Origin: an uncultured Acidobacteriota bacterium
GTDB taxonomy: Bacteria > Acidobacteriota > Vicinamibacteria > Vicinamibacterales > JAKQTR01
Length of the DNA: 64,000 nucleotides
Direction of reading: 5' to 3'
Assembly (NCBI GenBank): GCA_963817885.1
Contig: CAWFQE010000002.1
Coordinates: 704,202 to 768,201 of the forward strand
Part shown: piece after piece, positions 1-10,015 of the stretch
How positions within the stretch are numbered: the first letter of the stretch is position 1
How the letters are laid out: each line of letters starts with the position of its first letter
The notes under the pieces: generated by a model
Told to the model about the DNA's origin: nothing
The model's input: the letters and a program-made list of their open reading frames with translations, nothing else
Databases searched by the model: none
Position numbers and translations under genes: made by a program

Positions 1-135
1 GTCACAATGTCGGCCGGACCCGGGCTCCTGTCAAGCTATTCCCGCGTTTCTGGCTTGTCAGGGCATCGGGGTAGAATGCCCGAACGAGGGGCGCCCAGAC
101 GGGTTACATGGCCGATTCACGTGAGGAGTTGAAAC

Positions 136-459
136 GTGCCGTACACCTTTCACGAACTGAAAGAGAAGACCGTCGGTGAATTGCGCGAAATCGCCAAGGG
201 CATCGAGCACGAGGCGGTGCAGGGGTACACCCAGCTCAACAAGGACCACTTGCTGGTGGCTATCTGCAAGGCGCTTTCGATCCAGACCCACGAACACCAC
301 GAGGTGGTGGGCATCGACAAGAGCTCGATCAAGGTGAAGCTGCGGACCCTCAAGGCCGAACGGGACAAGGCCATCGAGGCGCACGATCACGCGCAGCTCA
401 AGTCCCTGCGGCGTCAGATCCACAGCATCAATCGCGGGATACGCCGGCGGATGGTTTAG
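136..459 (+). CDS. small protein with Rho termination factor N-terminal (Rho_N-like) motif
   Basis: 107-aa ORF, GTG start at 136 preceded by GAGGAG (124-129); N-terminal TVGELREIAKGI resembles Rho_N helix-hairpin; basic C-terminal tail. Confidence 0.5.
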   Translation: MPYTFHELKEKTVGELREIAKGIEHEAVQGYTQLNKDHLLVAICKALSIQTHEHHEVVGIDKSSIKVKLRTLKAERDKAIEAHDHAQLKSLRRQIHSINRGIRRRMV

Positions 460-538
460 CCGTCCGCGCTGCAATCGGGACGGATGCGCGCGGGCCCGGA
501 AACTTGACAACCTCGCTGCTGCATGGAAGATTGGTCCT

Positions 539-880
539 GTGCGGCGAATTCTGCGCGGACTGTCCGTGGCGATGATCGCGGTGGCGGTGTCCAACCCGCT
601 CGCCGCCGTGTGCCTGTGCCGCGTCGCGCAGACTTCCGCCCCGGCGGAGCATGCCTGCTGCCACAAACCGGCTCAGGCGGGTCCGGCCATCGACAGCGTT
701 CCGGGCTGCTGCCACACCGAGCAGGCCGACCACGGTGCAGCCAGGCTGGATTCTCCCCTGCTGCTGACCGGCATCTCCGCGTCCGACTCGCATCTGCCCC
801 ATCTGGACCTCCAGACCGCATCGACGACCCTCACGCATTCGTTCGTTCCCTTCCACCGGGTATCGGTTCTGAGAGCCTGA
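539..880 (+). CDS. small Cys/His-rich putative secreted metal-binding protein (hypothetical)
   Basis: 113-aa ORF directly upstream of the efflux triplet; hydrophobic N-terminus, HACCH and PGCCH motifs plus several His; start uncertain (GTG 539 or ATG 575); TTGACA hexamer at ~504-509 upstream. Confidence 0.4.
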   Translation: MRRILRGLSVAMIAVAVSNPLAAVCLCRVAQTSAPAEHACCHKPAQAGPAIDSVPGCCHTEQADHGAARLDSPLLLTGISASDSHLPHLDLQTASTTLTHSFVPFHRVSVLRA

Positions 881-1040
881 TACCGTGCGCGACCGGAGGC
901 GAATGTGTGCCTCCGCGGTCCTGTCAGACCAAACTACAGTCGTCGGGTTCGGATCTCCTGTCCGGAGCCTCGCGTCGCATTCAGACCAGGCCCGGCCCGC
1001 AGGCGATTCGATTCCGTTGGTGCAACATTCTGGAGGTCTC

Positions 1041-2405
1041 ATGACTGAGGTCCCGAGGTTCCATTCGGGCATCTGGCTCCTGCTCGGCATGCTCGCACTG
1101 ACCGCCGTTGACCCGCCGGCAGCGGCCCAGGAGCCCAAGGCGCCGCCGCCCGATCCGGTGCTGGAGGCGCTCGTCTCGGAAGCGCTCGCCCGGAATCCCG
1201 ATCTGATGGCCGCGCAGGCCTCGATCGCGGCCGCCCGGCAGCGCCCCGAACAGGCGTCGGCGCTTCCCGATCCGATGGTGTCGATGGCCTACACGAACGA
1301 CGGCTGGGCGCCGAGCCTCGGGCGCATGCCCATGACCACGCTCGCGCTGATGGCCAGCCAGAATCTCCCGTGGCCGGGCAAGCGCCGGCTTCGGGCGGAC
1401 ATCGCCACTCGCGACGCCGACATCGTCGAGCAGCAGCTGGCCCGGGCCCGCCTCAGCGTCACCGCCGAGGTCAAGCGTGCGTATTTCGGGCTGCTCCTCG
1501 CACGCGAGCTGCAGTCACTTGCGCGCGAGCAGCGAGGGCTGTGGCAGGACATCGAGGTGGTCGTGCGGTCGCGTTATGCCGTCGGCCAGGGCGCCCAGCA
1601 GGATGTTCTGCGCGTGCAGGTCGAAGTGACCCGCATCGAGCAACGGTTGATCGACCAGGACACCGAGATCCAGCTGCGTTGCGCCGAGCTCAGCCGACTG
1701 CTTGCCAGGACCTTCGAGCCTCCAGCCGAACCGTCGATCCGGCTGACGTTGCATCCCCTCACCGAGTCGCAGATCGATCTCCTCGACCGGGCGCGCGCGG
1801 TCAGTCCCGAGCTGGCGGCGGCCCGCCTGGCCATTGACCGGGATCGGCTCGCGCTGTCGCTCGCCCAGAAGGCGCTCAAGCCCGACTTCACGGTCCAGGC
1901 ATCGTTCATGGACCGGGGCGGCCTCGACCCGGTCTGGCTTGCCGGCGTCGGCATCAACGTGCCGTTCAACCGGAAGGCCCGCCAGAGTGCCATCGCGGAA
2001 GCGGATCTCACCATCAAGGCCGGCCAGCGCGGCCTGGAGTCGCTCGACCTCCTCCTGCGCCTCCGCACCGAGGAGCGGTACCGCCGGATCGTGTCGGACG
2101 AGAAGACCGTTGCGATCTACGACCAGGGCATCGTCCTGCAGGACCGCATGACGCTCGAATCTGCCATCGCCTCCTACCAGGGCGGCACGGTGCCGTTCGC
2201 ATCGGTCCTCGAAGCGATGACGACGCTCGCCAGCGATCGATGGACGAGGGCGACGCTCGTGGCCGATCACGAAATTCTCGCCGCGAGCCTCGAGGAGGCA
2301 GGCCTCGACGCCACCCCCGGCATGCCGGCGCAGGCCGGATCGACACGCGGGCCAAACGCAGGCGCGGCGGGCGCGGGAATGCCAGGCGCCATGGGAAACC
2401 GGTAG
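1041..2405 (+). CDS. outer-membrane efflux protein, TolC/CusC/CzcC (OEP) family
   Basis: ATG 1041 four nt after GGAGG; signal peptide MTEVPRFHSGIWLLLGMLALTAV; OEP-family sequence (LVSEALARNPDLMAAQASIAAAR...); first gene of an OMF-MFP-RND triplet; the longer ORF from 885 has no RBS. Confidence 0.85.
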   Translation: MTEVPRFHSGIWLLLGMLALTAVDPPAAAQEPKAPPPDPVLEALVSEALARNPDLMAAQASIAAARQRPEQASALPDPMVSMAYTNDGWAPSLGRMPMTTLALMASQNLPWPGKRRLRADIATRDADIVEQQLARARLSVTAEVKRAYFGLLLARELQSLAREQRGLWQDIEVVVRSRYAVGQGAQQDVLRVQVEVTRIEQRLIDQDTEIQLRCAELSRLLARTFEPPAEPSIRLTLHPLTESQIDLLDRARAVSPELAAARLAIDRDRLALSLAQKALKPDFTVQASFMDRGGLDPVWLAGVGINVPFNRKARQSAIAEADLTIKAGQRGLESLDLLLRLRTEERYRRIVSDEKTVAIYDQGIVLQDRMTLESAIASYQGGTVPFASVLEAMTTLASDRWTRATLVADHEILAASLEEAGLDATPGMPAQAGSTRGPNAGAAGAGMPGAMGNR

Positions 2406-2415
2406 CGAGGACACG

Positions 2416-3859
2416 ATGTTGAACAGCAGAACCACTCGAACGATCGGAGCCATCGTGCTCCTCCTGGCCCTTGGCATCGCGTGGACCGCGTGCAAGCGCT
2501 CGGCCGAGCACGCCGGATCGACTGCCCCGGCCAAGGTCCAGCGCTACCACTGCCCGATGCACCCCACCTACATCTCGGACAAGCCCGGCGACTGCCCGAT
2601 CTGCGGGATGACGCTGGTCCCGATGGATGACGCCCCATCGGGCACGAGCACGCCTGCACCCGGAGCGGCGACGCCTTCGACCGGCCGGAAGATCGCCTAC
2701 TATCGCTCGCCGATGGATCCCACCGTGCACTCCGACAAGCCGGCCAAGGACTCGATGGGCATGGACTTCGTTCCGGTGTACCAGGACGAGATCCAGTCGT
2801 CTGCCAGCCTGGTTTCCGGACGGGCGGTGGTTTCGCTTTCGCCCGAACGCCGCAGCCTGCTCGGCATGCGCTCGGAGCCGGTCCATCTGCAGCGGATCGA
2901 GCACGATGATCCGCACCGTCGGCAGAGTGACGCCGGACGAGCGCCTCCTCTATCACGTGCACACCAAGTTCGAAGGGTATGTCGATCGCCTCTACGTCGA
3001 CTTCACCGGCATGCCCGTGAAGAAGGGGGACCCGCTGCTGGCGATCTACAGTCCCGACCTGGTCGCGACCGAGCAGGAGTACCTCCTGGCGCTGCGAGCC
3101 AGGCAGCAGCTCTCGTCGAGCCAGATCCCCGCCGTGGCGAAGGGAGGTGCCAATCTGCTCCAGGCCGCCAGGGAACGCCTGTTGCTCTGGGATATTCAAC
3201 CGAAGGACATCGAGGAGCTCGAGCGAACCGGAACGGTCAGGCGCTCGCTGGATCTCCACTCGGAGGTCAGCGGCATCGTCCTCCAGAAGAACGTGTACCA
3301 GGGGATGCGCGTGATGCCGGCCGACACGCTGTTCGACATTGCCGACCTCTCGCACCTCTGGGTGATGGCGGACATCTACACCTCCGACCTGCCGTCGATC
3401 CGGCTGGGAGTCCAGGCGGAGATCAGCCTCTCGTTCCTTCCGGGCAAGACGTGGCGTGGCCCCGTCACGTACATCGCGCCCACTGTCGAAGAAAAGACCC
3501 GCACCGTGAAGGTCCGCATCGAGGTCGACAACCGCGACGACGCGCTGAAGCCCGACATGTTCGCCGACGTCCTGCTGAGAACCGACCTGGGGCTGGGCGT
3601 GGTCGTGCCCGACACGGCGGTGATCGACGCGGGCGACAGGCAAATCGTGTTTCTCGACCGGTCCGACGGGCGCCTCGAGCCGCGCGAGGTCCTGCTGGGG
3701 GCCAAGCTGCCTCAGGGCTTCCAGGTGATCAAGGGGCTCGAGGATGGCGACATGGTCGTGACCGCCGCCAACTTCCTGCTCGACTCGGAGTCCAGCCTGA
3801 AGGCTGCGCTCTCGGCGATGACCGCGCCAGCCGCCCCCGCTGCACGCGGGAAGAAGTGA
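2416..3859 (+). CDS. RND efflux periplasmic adaptor (CusB/CzcB-like MFP) with N-terminal heavy-metal-binding domain; apparent single-base frameshift ~2896-2923
   Basis: ATG 2416 after GAGGA; TM/signal MLNSRTTRTIGAIVLLLALGIAWTAC; YHCPMHP...CPICGM metal-binding motif followed by a Cys-less second copy (YRSPMDP...DSMGMD); reading frame switches between ...VHLQRIE and IRTVGRVTPDERLLYHV (frame of 2627..3859); stop 3857-3859. Confidence 0.8.
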
Positions 3860-3870
3860 GGGACGGACAC

Positions 3871-6800
3871 ATGATCCGCTCCATCATCCGTTTCAGCGCC
3901 GAGAACCGGTTTCTCGTCCTGCTCGCCGCGGCGGTCGCCGTCGCGTACGGGATCTACACGCTGCAGCACATTCCCGTCGACGCGATCCCCGACCTGTCCG
4001 ACACGCAGGTCATCATCTATTCCCGCTGGGACCGGAGTCCCGACATCATCGAGGACCAGGTCACCTATCCGATCGTCAGCGCCCTGCTCGGCACGCCCAA
4101 CGTCAAGACCATTCGCGGCTTCTCCGACTTCGGGTTCAGCTACGTGTACGTGATCTTCACGGACGGCACCGACATCTACTGGGCTCGAAGCCGGGTGCTG
4201 GAGTACCTCTCGAAGATCCAGCCGCGCCTGCCGCAGGGGGTGCGGACCGAGATCGGCCCCGACGCCACCGGTGTCGGATGGGTGTACCAATACGTCCTGG
4301 TCGACGATTCGGGCACGCAGTCGCTCGCCGATCTCCGGACGTTCCAGGACTGGAACCTCCGCTACCGTCTGCAGTCGGTTCCGGGTGTGGCCGAGGTGGC
4401 GACCATCGGCGGGTTCGTGAAGCAGTACCAGGTCACAGTCGATCCCACCAGCCTGAAGTCGTTCGGGCTGAGCATCACCGAAGTGGCCGAGGCGGTGCGT
4501 CAAAGCAACAACGAGGTCGGCGGACGCCTCCTGGAATTCGCCGGCCGCGAGTTCATGGTGCGCGGGCGAGGCTACGTACGTTCCAAGGAGGATCTGGAGA
4601 AGATCGTTCTCAAGACCGACGAGCGGGGCACGCCCGTCCTGCTGCGCGATGTCGCCTCGGTGGAGATCGGTCCGGAAATGAGGCGAGGGGTCTCCGACTT
4701 CGACGGGCGCGGCGATGCCGTGGGCGGCATCGTGGTGATGCGCCAGGGGGAAAACGCCCGGGACGTCATCGCACGCGTCAAGGCACTCATCAAGGATATC
4801 GGACCCTCCCTGCCGAAGGGCGTCCGCATCGTCCCGACCTACGACCGATCCGGGCTGATCGAACGGTCCCTCGACAACCTCACGCACGAGCTGCTGATCG
4901 AGATGGCCATCGTCAGCCTCGTGATCCTCATCTTCCTGTGGCACATTCCGTCGGCGATCGTGCCGATCATCACGATCCCGGTGGCGGTCCTGCTGGCCTT
5001 CATTCCCATGCGGCTGATGGGGATCTCGTCCAACATCATGTCGCTCGCCGGCATTGCCATTTCGATCGGCGTGCTGGTCGACGGCGCCATCGTCGAGGTC
5101 GAGAACGCATACAAGAAACTCGAGTTGTGGCAGGAGGGCGGCCGCCAGGGCGACTTCCACGCCGTGCGCCTGGCGGCGCTGCAGGAGGTGGGGCCGTCGG
5201 TCTTCTTCTCGCTGCTGGTGATCGCCGTCGCGTTCCTGCCGATCTTCACCCTTGTCGACCAGGAAGGGCGCCTGTTCAGGCCGCTGGCGTGGACGAAGAA
5301 CCTCGCAATGTTCAGCGCCGCCCTGCTGGCGTTGACGGTCGATCCGGCGCTGCGGATGCTCTTCACACGAATGGACTACTTCCGCTTCCGCCCCCGGCCG
5401 CTTGCCTGGATCGCCAACCAGATTACCGTCGGCAAGTACTACCGGGAGGAACGGCATCCCATCAGCCGGCTGCTCTTTGCCATCTACGGGCCTGCCTGCA
5501 ACGTCGTGTTGAGGTTTCCCAAGTCGACTATCATCCTGGCGGTCGTCATTGTCGTCAGCACGGTTCCCATCTACCTGAAGCTGGGGCACGAGTTCATGCC
5601 GGCCCTCAACGAGGGCACGATTCTCTATATGCCGACCACGCTGCCCGGCATCTCCGTCAGCGAGGCGAGCCGGGTGCTTCAGCTGCAGGATCAAATCCTG
5701 AAATCCTTCCCGGAGGTCGACACGGTGTTCGGCAAGGCCGGGCGGGCGGACACGCCGACCGATTCGGCCCCCTTCTCGATGATGGAGACCGTCGTCGCAC
5801 TCAAACCGCCCTCCCAGTGGCGATACCACGCGCGGTGGTATTCGACGCGCGCTCCTGAATGGCTGCAGGCCTCGGTCCTGCGCCACATCTGGCCCGACCG
5901 CATGTCCTACGACGAGCTGGTGGCCGAGATGGATGCGGCGCTGCAGATCCCCGGCACGACCAACGCGTGGACGATGCCCATCAAGGCGCGGATCGACATG
6001 TTGACGACCGGGATCCGGACGCCGGTCGGCATCAAGATCTACGGAGCCGATCTCAAGGAGATCGAGCTCATCGGATCCAGGCTGGAACAGCTGCTCCGCG
6101 AGGTGCCGGGAACCCGAAGCGTGTTTGCCGAACGCGTCGCCGGCGGGTACTTCGTGGACTTCGACATCAACCGCGACGAGCTCGCCCGCTACGGCCTGTC
6201 GGTGGCGACCGTGCAGGACGTCATCCTGTCGGCGGTCGGTGGAGAAAACGTCACGACGACCATCGAGGGCCGGGCCCGGTTCCCGGTGAACGTGCGGTAT
6301 CCCCGCGGGCTGCGTGACGATCTCGATCGGCTCGGCCGGGTCCTGGTGATGACGCCCTCCGGCGCGCAGATCCCCCTCTCGCAGGTGGCCGCCATCAGGA
6401 CCGTGGCCGGCCCGTCGATGATCCGCAACGAGAACGGCCTGCTGGCCGGGTACGTGTTCGTGGACATCAGCGAGAGCGACATCGGCGGCTACGTCGAACG
6501 CGCGCGGGCCGCGGTGGACAAGGGCCTGACGGTGCCGGCGGGTTACTCGCTCGAGTGGAGCGGACAGTACGAGAACATGCTGCGCGTGCGCGAGCGGCTC
6601 AAGGTCGTCGTGCCGATCACGCTGTTCCTCATCTTCTTCCTGCTGTACATGAACACGAAGTCCGCCGTGAAGGCGACCATCGTGATGCTGGCCGTGCCCT
6701 TCTCGGTGGTCGGCGCCGTGTGGCTCATGTACGGGCTGGGCTACAACGTGTCGATCGCGGCGTGGGTCGGCATGATCGCGCTGATGGGCCTCGACGCGGA

Positions 6801-7116
6801 AACCGGCGTGTTCATGCTGCTGTTCCTCGACCTCTCGCACGACGAGGCACAGGCCGCCGGGCGCCTCAACACGCGCGCCGATCTGCACGCGGCCATCATC
6901 CACGGCGCGGTCAAGCGCGTCCGGCCCAAAATGATGACCGTCACGGCCGCGATGATGGGGCTGATGCCCATCATGTGGTCGCTCGGGACGGGCGCCGACG
7001 TGATGAAGCGGGTCGCCGCGCCGATGGTCGGCGGCCTGACGACGTCGTTCATCATGGAGCTGCTCGTCTACCCGGCGATCTACCTGATCTGGAAACGGCG
7101 GGAGTTGCCTCGCTGA
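3871..7116 (+). CDS. heavy-metal efflux RND permease, CusA/CzcA (HME) family
   Basis: ATG 3871, RBS GTGAGGGA, 12 nt after MFP stop; canonical N-terminus MIRSIIRFSAENRFLVLLAAAVAVAYGIYTLQHIPVDAIPDLSDTQVIIYSRW; 1081 aa. The single 2416..7116 track ORF is an open frame spanning the gap, not one gene. Confidence 0.9.
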   Translation: MIRSIIRFSAENRFLVLLAAAVAVAYGIYTLQHIPVDAIPDLSDTQVIIYSRWDRSPDIIEDQVTYPIVSALLGTPNVKTIRGFSDFGFSYVYVIFTDGTDIYWARSRVLEYLSKIQPRLPQGVRTEIGPDATGVGWVYQYVLVDDSGTQSLADLRTFQDWNLRYRLQSVPGVAEVATIGGFVKQYQVTVDPTSLKSFGLSITEVAEAVRQSNNEVGGRLLEFAGREFMVRGRGYVRSKEDLEKIVLKTDERGTPVLLRDVASVEIGPEMRRGVSDFDGRGDAVGGIVVMRQGENARDVIARVKALIKDIGPSLPKGVRIVPTYDRSGLIERSLDNLTHELLIEMAIVSLVILIFLWHIPSAIVPIITIPVAVLLAFIPMRLMGISSNIMSLAGIAISIGVLVDGAIVEVENAYKKLELWQEGGRQGDFHAVRLAALQEVGPSVFFSLLVIAVAFLPIFTLVDQEGRLFRPLAWTKNLAMFSAALLALTVDPALRMLFTRMDYFRFRPRPLAWIANQITVGKYYREERHPISRLLFAIYGPACNVVLRFPKSTIILAVVIVVSTVPIYLKLGHEFMPALNEGTILYMPTTLPGISVSEASRVLQLQDQILKSFPEVDTVFGKAGRADTPTDSAPFSMMETVVALKPPSQWRYHARWYSTRAPEWLQASVLRHIWPDRMSYDELVAEMDAALQIPGTTNAWTMPIKARIDMLTTGIRTPVGIKIYGADLKEIELIGSRLEQLLREVPGTRSVFAERVAGGYFVDFDINRDELARYGLSVATVQDVILSAVGGENVTTTIEGRARFPVNVRYPRGLRDDLDRLGRVLVMTPSGAQIPLSQVAAIRTVAGPSMIRNENGLLAGYVFVDISESDIGGYVERARAAVDKGLTVPAGYSLEWSGQYENMLRVRERLKVVVPITLFLIFFLLYMNTKSAVKATIVMLAVPFSVVGAVWLMYGLGYNVSIAAWVGMIALMGLDAETGVFMLLFLDLSHDEAQAAGRLNTRADLHAAIIHGAVKRVRPKMMTVTAAMMGLMPIMWSLGTGADVMKRVAAPMVGGLTTSFIMELLVYPAIYLIWKRRELPR

Positions 7117-7143
7117 GAGGGGTTCGCGGCGGGCGGGGGGCGA

Positions 7144-8055
7144 TCAGGCGGACGGTTTCACGCCCAGCCGCGCCCCTGAAGGACAGATCCGGTTGAGAAG
7201 AACGGGAGTCCGGCACTGGTCGAAGTACTCGTCCACGGCTCTGCGGCACCCTTTCCACCAGCCGTAATCGTCCACGATCAGGGAGCCTCCCTTCGCCACG
7301 CGCGGGTAGAGATGCCTCAACTCGTGCCGGGTCGACTCGTACCAATCCGTATCGAGACGGAGAACGGCAATGGACTCGGGAACGGTCGCAGGAATGGTGT
7401 CCTCGACCTTTCCCTGGATGATCAGGATGTTCTGTCCCGGATAGGACGTCGCGGCCATATTCCGCCGCACGTCCTCCAGGTCCGCGCAAGCCCAGGAACT
7501 CCCCGCATCGGTCCTTCGCTCCGACCAGATTCCTTCAGCCGATGTGCCGTCGTGCCTCACATCGGGCGACGAAGGCTGCGTCATACCCGCAAAGGTGTCG
7601 TAGAGATAGAGCTTCCTGTGCGAGGCATTGCACGCGAGAAAGGTCATGGCCGCCAGCATGGCACTTCCCCCCTGCCACACGCCGCATTCGACGAAATCGC
7701 CGGGAATGTCGTGGCGCGCCACATGGCGAACGGCGTTGAACAAGGCGTACATGCTGTAGATGGACGTCATCGTGAAGCCTTTGCACTGCTCATAGATCTT
7801 CATGAACAGGCGGTCGTTGATCACATCATCGTCCTGGCGGAACGCGGACCGAGCCGTCTCCATCCTGGCCGCAAACTCCGAAGAGCGCGCGAGCATGAGG
7901 AGGAGGGCCTCCCGGCTGAGGCCCTGAGCGAGCTTCGCGAGAGCGGCAGCGATCTCTTCCTCGTCCGCTTCCCTGCCGAGCAGGCCATGGTACGCGGATC
8001 TGACAAAGTCTGCGCCGCCCGGACATGCACGTGAGCGTTCCAGCTTCGACAGCAT
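7144..8055 (-). CDS. TylF/MycF-family (macrocin O-methyltransferase-like) SAM-dependent methyltransferase with N-terminal DUF4214-like segment
   Basis: start taken at M59 of the 361-aa ORF (MLSKLERS...); DUF4214-like FVRSAYHGLLGREADEEEIAAALAKL...SSEF; TylF motifs FVECGVWQGGS, LYLYDTFAGM, LRLDTDWYEST, GGSLIVDDYG. Confidence 0.7.
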   Translation of the reverse strand: MLSKLERSRACPGGADFVRSAYHGLLGREADEEEIAAALAKLAQGLSREALLLMLARSSEFAARMETARSAFRQDDDVINDRLFMKIYEQCKGFTMTSIYSMYALFNAVRHVARHDIPGDFVECGVWQGGSAMLAAMTFLACNASHRKLYLYDTFAGMTQPSSPDVRHDGTSAEGIWSERRTDAGSSWACADLEDVRRNMAATSYPGQNILIIQGKVEDTIPATVPESIAVLRLDTDWYESTRHELRHLYPRVAKGGSLIVDDYGWWKGCRRAVDEYFDQCRTPVLLNRICPSGARLGVKPSA

Positions 8056-8261
8056 CGACGTGATGGATAGTCTCAATGAACGCTCCACGCGATTCGAGGG
8101 TTCGGAAGGTCGGGGTCCATTGACTGAGGGGCAATGACCGGGGTGGGCTTCTCCCGTGCCGGGCTTCCGATCCCGCTTGTTCGAGGTCTGCCTATCATAC
8201 CCGTGTCTCGCCGCATCGGGCCGGGCCATCCGTCACGACGATTGCCGCGCCAGCACGGCCT

Positions 8262-8768
8262 TCAGTACTTCACCCTGACGAGGGTCGCCGGGCCATCCTT
8301 GTGCGGCACCACGATGTACAGGCTCGTGTAGTCGAGTGGAGCGACCGTGACTTCTCCCGGGACGCCCAGCGCGTTGAGGAGATTGGGGATCGTGGTCACG
8401 TGCCCGACGACAAGGACGACGTCATTCGGATGGTCCTTGCGAAGCGTCGCAACGAAGGGGCGGGCGTCGAAGCGATCGGGCCCTGCCGCCGTGTCGTAGA
8501 TCCCGATCTTCAGCTTCCGGGCATCGGCCAGGGGGGTGGCGGTTCCAATCGTGCGCTTGCTGTCGGTCGAGTAGACGGCGGCGATGTCCGCGCCCTCGAG
8601 CGCCCCAGCCAGTCGCTGCGCCTCAGCGAGCCCGGTCTCGGTCAGCTTGTCCCCGGCATTCTCGGCGTGCCGGACCACGATCACGGTCTTTTGAGCGAGT
8701 GCGGTGCCAGAGCTCGCAAGCACCGCGAGAAGGAGCCAGCCGGCAAGGAAACGTGGCATAGGTAACAC
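8262..8768 (-). CDS. histidine phosphatase (phosphoglycerate-mutase-like) family protein, secreted
   Basis: signal peptide MPRFLAGWLLLAVLASSGTALA; catalytic RHG-type motif VIVVRHAE; second His region LVVGHVTTIPNLL. Confidence 0.7.
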   Translation of the reverse strand: MLPMPRFLAGWLLLAVLASSGTALAQKTVIVVRHAENAGDKLTETGLAEAQRLAGALEGADIAAVYSTDSKRTIGTATPLADARKLKIGIYDTAAGPDRFDARPFVATLRKDHPNDVVLVVGHVTTIPNLLNALGVPGEVTVAPLDYTSLYIVVPHKDGPATLVRVKY

Positions 8769-8961
8769 CCTCGACTACGAGAATAGCGCGACGCGCACGA
8801 TCCTGTCAGCGCCTCGTGCGCCAGCCTGCATGTCCTTCCGGCGCGCGCCGGGGCGATCCCGGGCCGCGCGTCGTGCGCGACATATCCGTCGCTGGACCAG
8901 GGCCCGGAATCGAAGGGCAAAAGTCCGTCCTGTCCGGCCGAAAGATGAGGGCGTCGCCTGA

Positions 8962-9981
8962 TTGAGGCGCTATCCTCTCGGAATGCGCATGAACACCACC
9001 CGCCCTCTTGGTGCCATTGCTGTGCCGCTGCTCGTCACCGGGCTCATGGCTGCAGGGATCGTTGCCGGTCCATACGCGACTCGCGGTGACGGTGAATCGG
9101 CGTTGCTGGGAACCGGACACGGCCTGGATCATGTGGTCATCGCCGTCCGTGACCTCGACTACGTCTCCCGCGTCTACACGGATGTGCTGGGGTTCACACC
9201 GGTTCAACGAGGAAGCGCTGCGCCAGGGATTCGTCATTGCATCATTCCGTTCGGCTCGACCTATCTCGAACTCGTCACGGTGGCGCCGTCGAGCCCGGCG
9301 GGGAGCAAGGATTCGTCCCAGCTGGCGGACTTCCTGGGCCGGCGCGAAGGTGCGCGCTTCGTGGGACTGGACGTGTCCTCCGCTGCGAAGACCGCCGAGC
9401 TGCTTCGCTCCCGGGGCCTCCCCGTTTCAGGACCACAGGAGGTCGCGAACACGCCCGAAGGCGCCGCCAAGGCTCCAACGGCGCTCTGGCGAACGGTCGG
9501 CTTCGTGACGCCAGTGGTGCCTGCCGACGCGATCTTCTTCATCGAGTACTCGCCTGGCCTGGTCCGGGCCGACGTACCACGCCATGCAAACACCTCGATG
9601 GGCATCCATGCTGCCTGGATGGCCGTCAAGGATCTCCAGGCGGCAGCCAAAGCGTACGAGTCGATTGGGCTCCCGGCTGGAAGAATCGTACCGGCGCCGA
9701 GACTTGCCGCCACTGGCAGAGAGGTTGCCGCCGGGCAAGGTGTGATTCTGCTGCTCGGGGCGACCGACGCTCACGGCCTCGTCGCCTCCTCGCTCTCCGA
9801 GCACGGGGAGGGGATCCTTGGAGTGAGCATCGAAGTCAGAGACATCGAGGCCACGCAGACGCTGATCGAGAACTCAACCGAGCAGACGTTCCATACCTAC
9901 AAGGGGCCATACGGGGAATCGATCCTCGTCTCGCCAGCCCTCACCTACGGCGTCTGGATGGAGTTCTTCCAGAAACGGTGA
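8962..9981 (+). CDS. VOC (glyoxalase/bleomycin-resistance/dioxygenase) family protein with two glyoxalase-like repeats
   Basis: hydrophobic N-terminus; LDHVVIAVRDLDYVSRVYTDVLGF and MGIHAAWMAVKDLQAAAKAYESIGL; start may be 8983/8989. Confidence 0.55.
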   Translation: MRRYPLGMRMNTTRPLGAIAVPLLVTGLMAAGIVAGPYATRGDGESALLGTGHGLDHVVIAVRDLDYVSRVYTDVLGFTPVQRGSAAPGIRHCIIPFGSTYLELVTVAPSSPAGSKDSSQLADFLGRREGARFVGLDVSSAAKTAELLRSRGLPVSGPQEVANTPEGAAKAPTALWRTVGFVTPVVPADAIFFIEYSPGLVRADVPRHANTSMGIHAAWMAVKDLQAAAKAYESIGLPAGRIVPAPRLAATGREVAAGQGVILLLGATDAHGLVASSLSEHGEGILGVSIEVRDIEATQTLIENSTEQTFHTYKGPYGESILVSPALTYGVWMEFFQKR

Positions 9982-10015
9982 ATGGACGCCGTGACGCCGG
10001 ACGCGGGCGAACCTG

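Noticed and set aside
3712-6903. 1063-aa ORF antisense to cusA, and similar long antisense ORFs (58..666, 1515..2534, 2267..3643, 22349..23164, 29843..31480, 31158..33485)
   Set aside because: Arg/Gly/Asp/His-rich low-complexity translations with no motifs. These are typical stop-poor antisense frames of a ~68% GC genome.
2416-7116. Single 1566-aa ORF that would fuse the RND adaptor and the CusA/CzcA pump
   Set aside because: Protein-like sequence exists only at both ends. The middle of this frame is GC-skew noise, while the real adaptor continues in the frame of 2627..3859. cusA has its own RBS and ATG at 3871.
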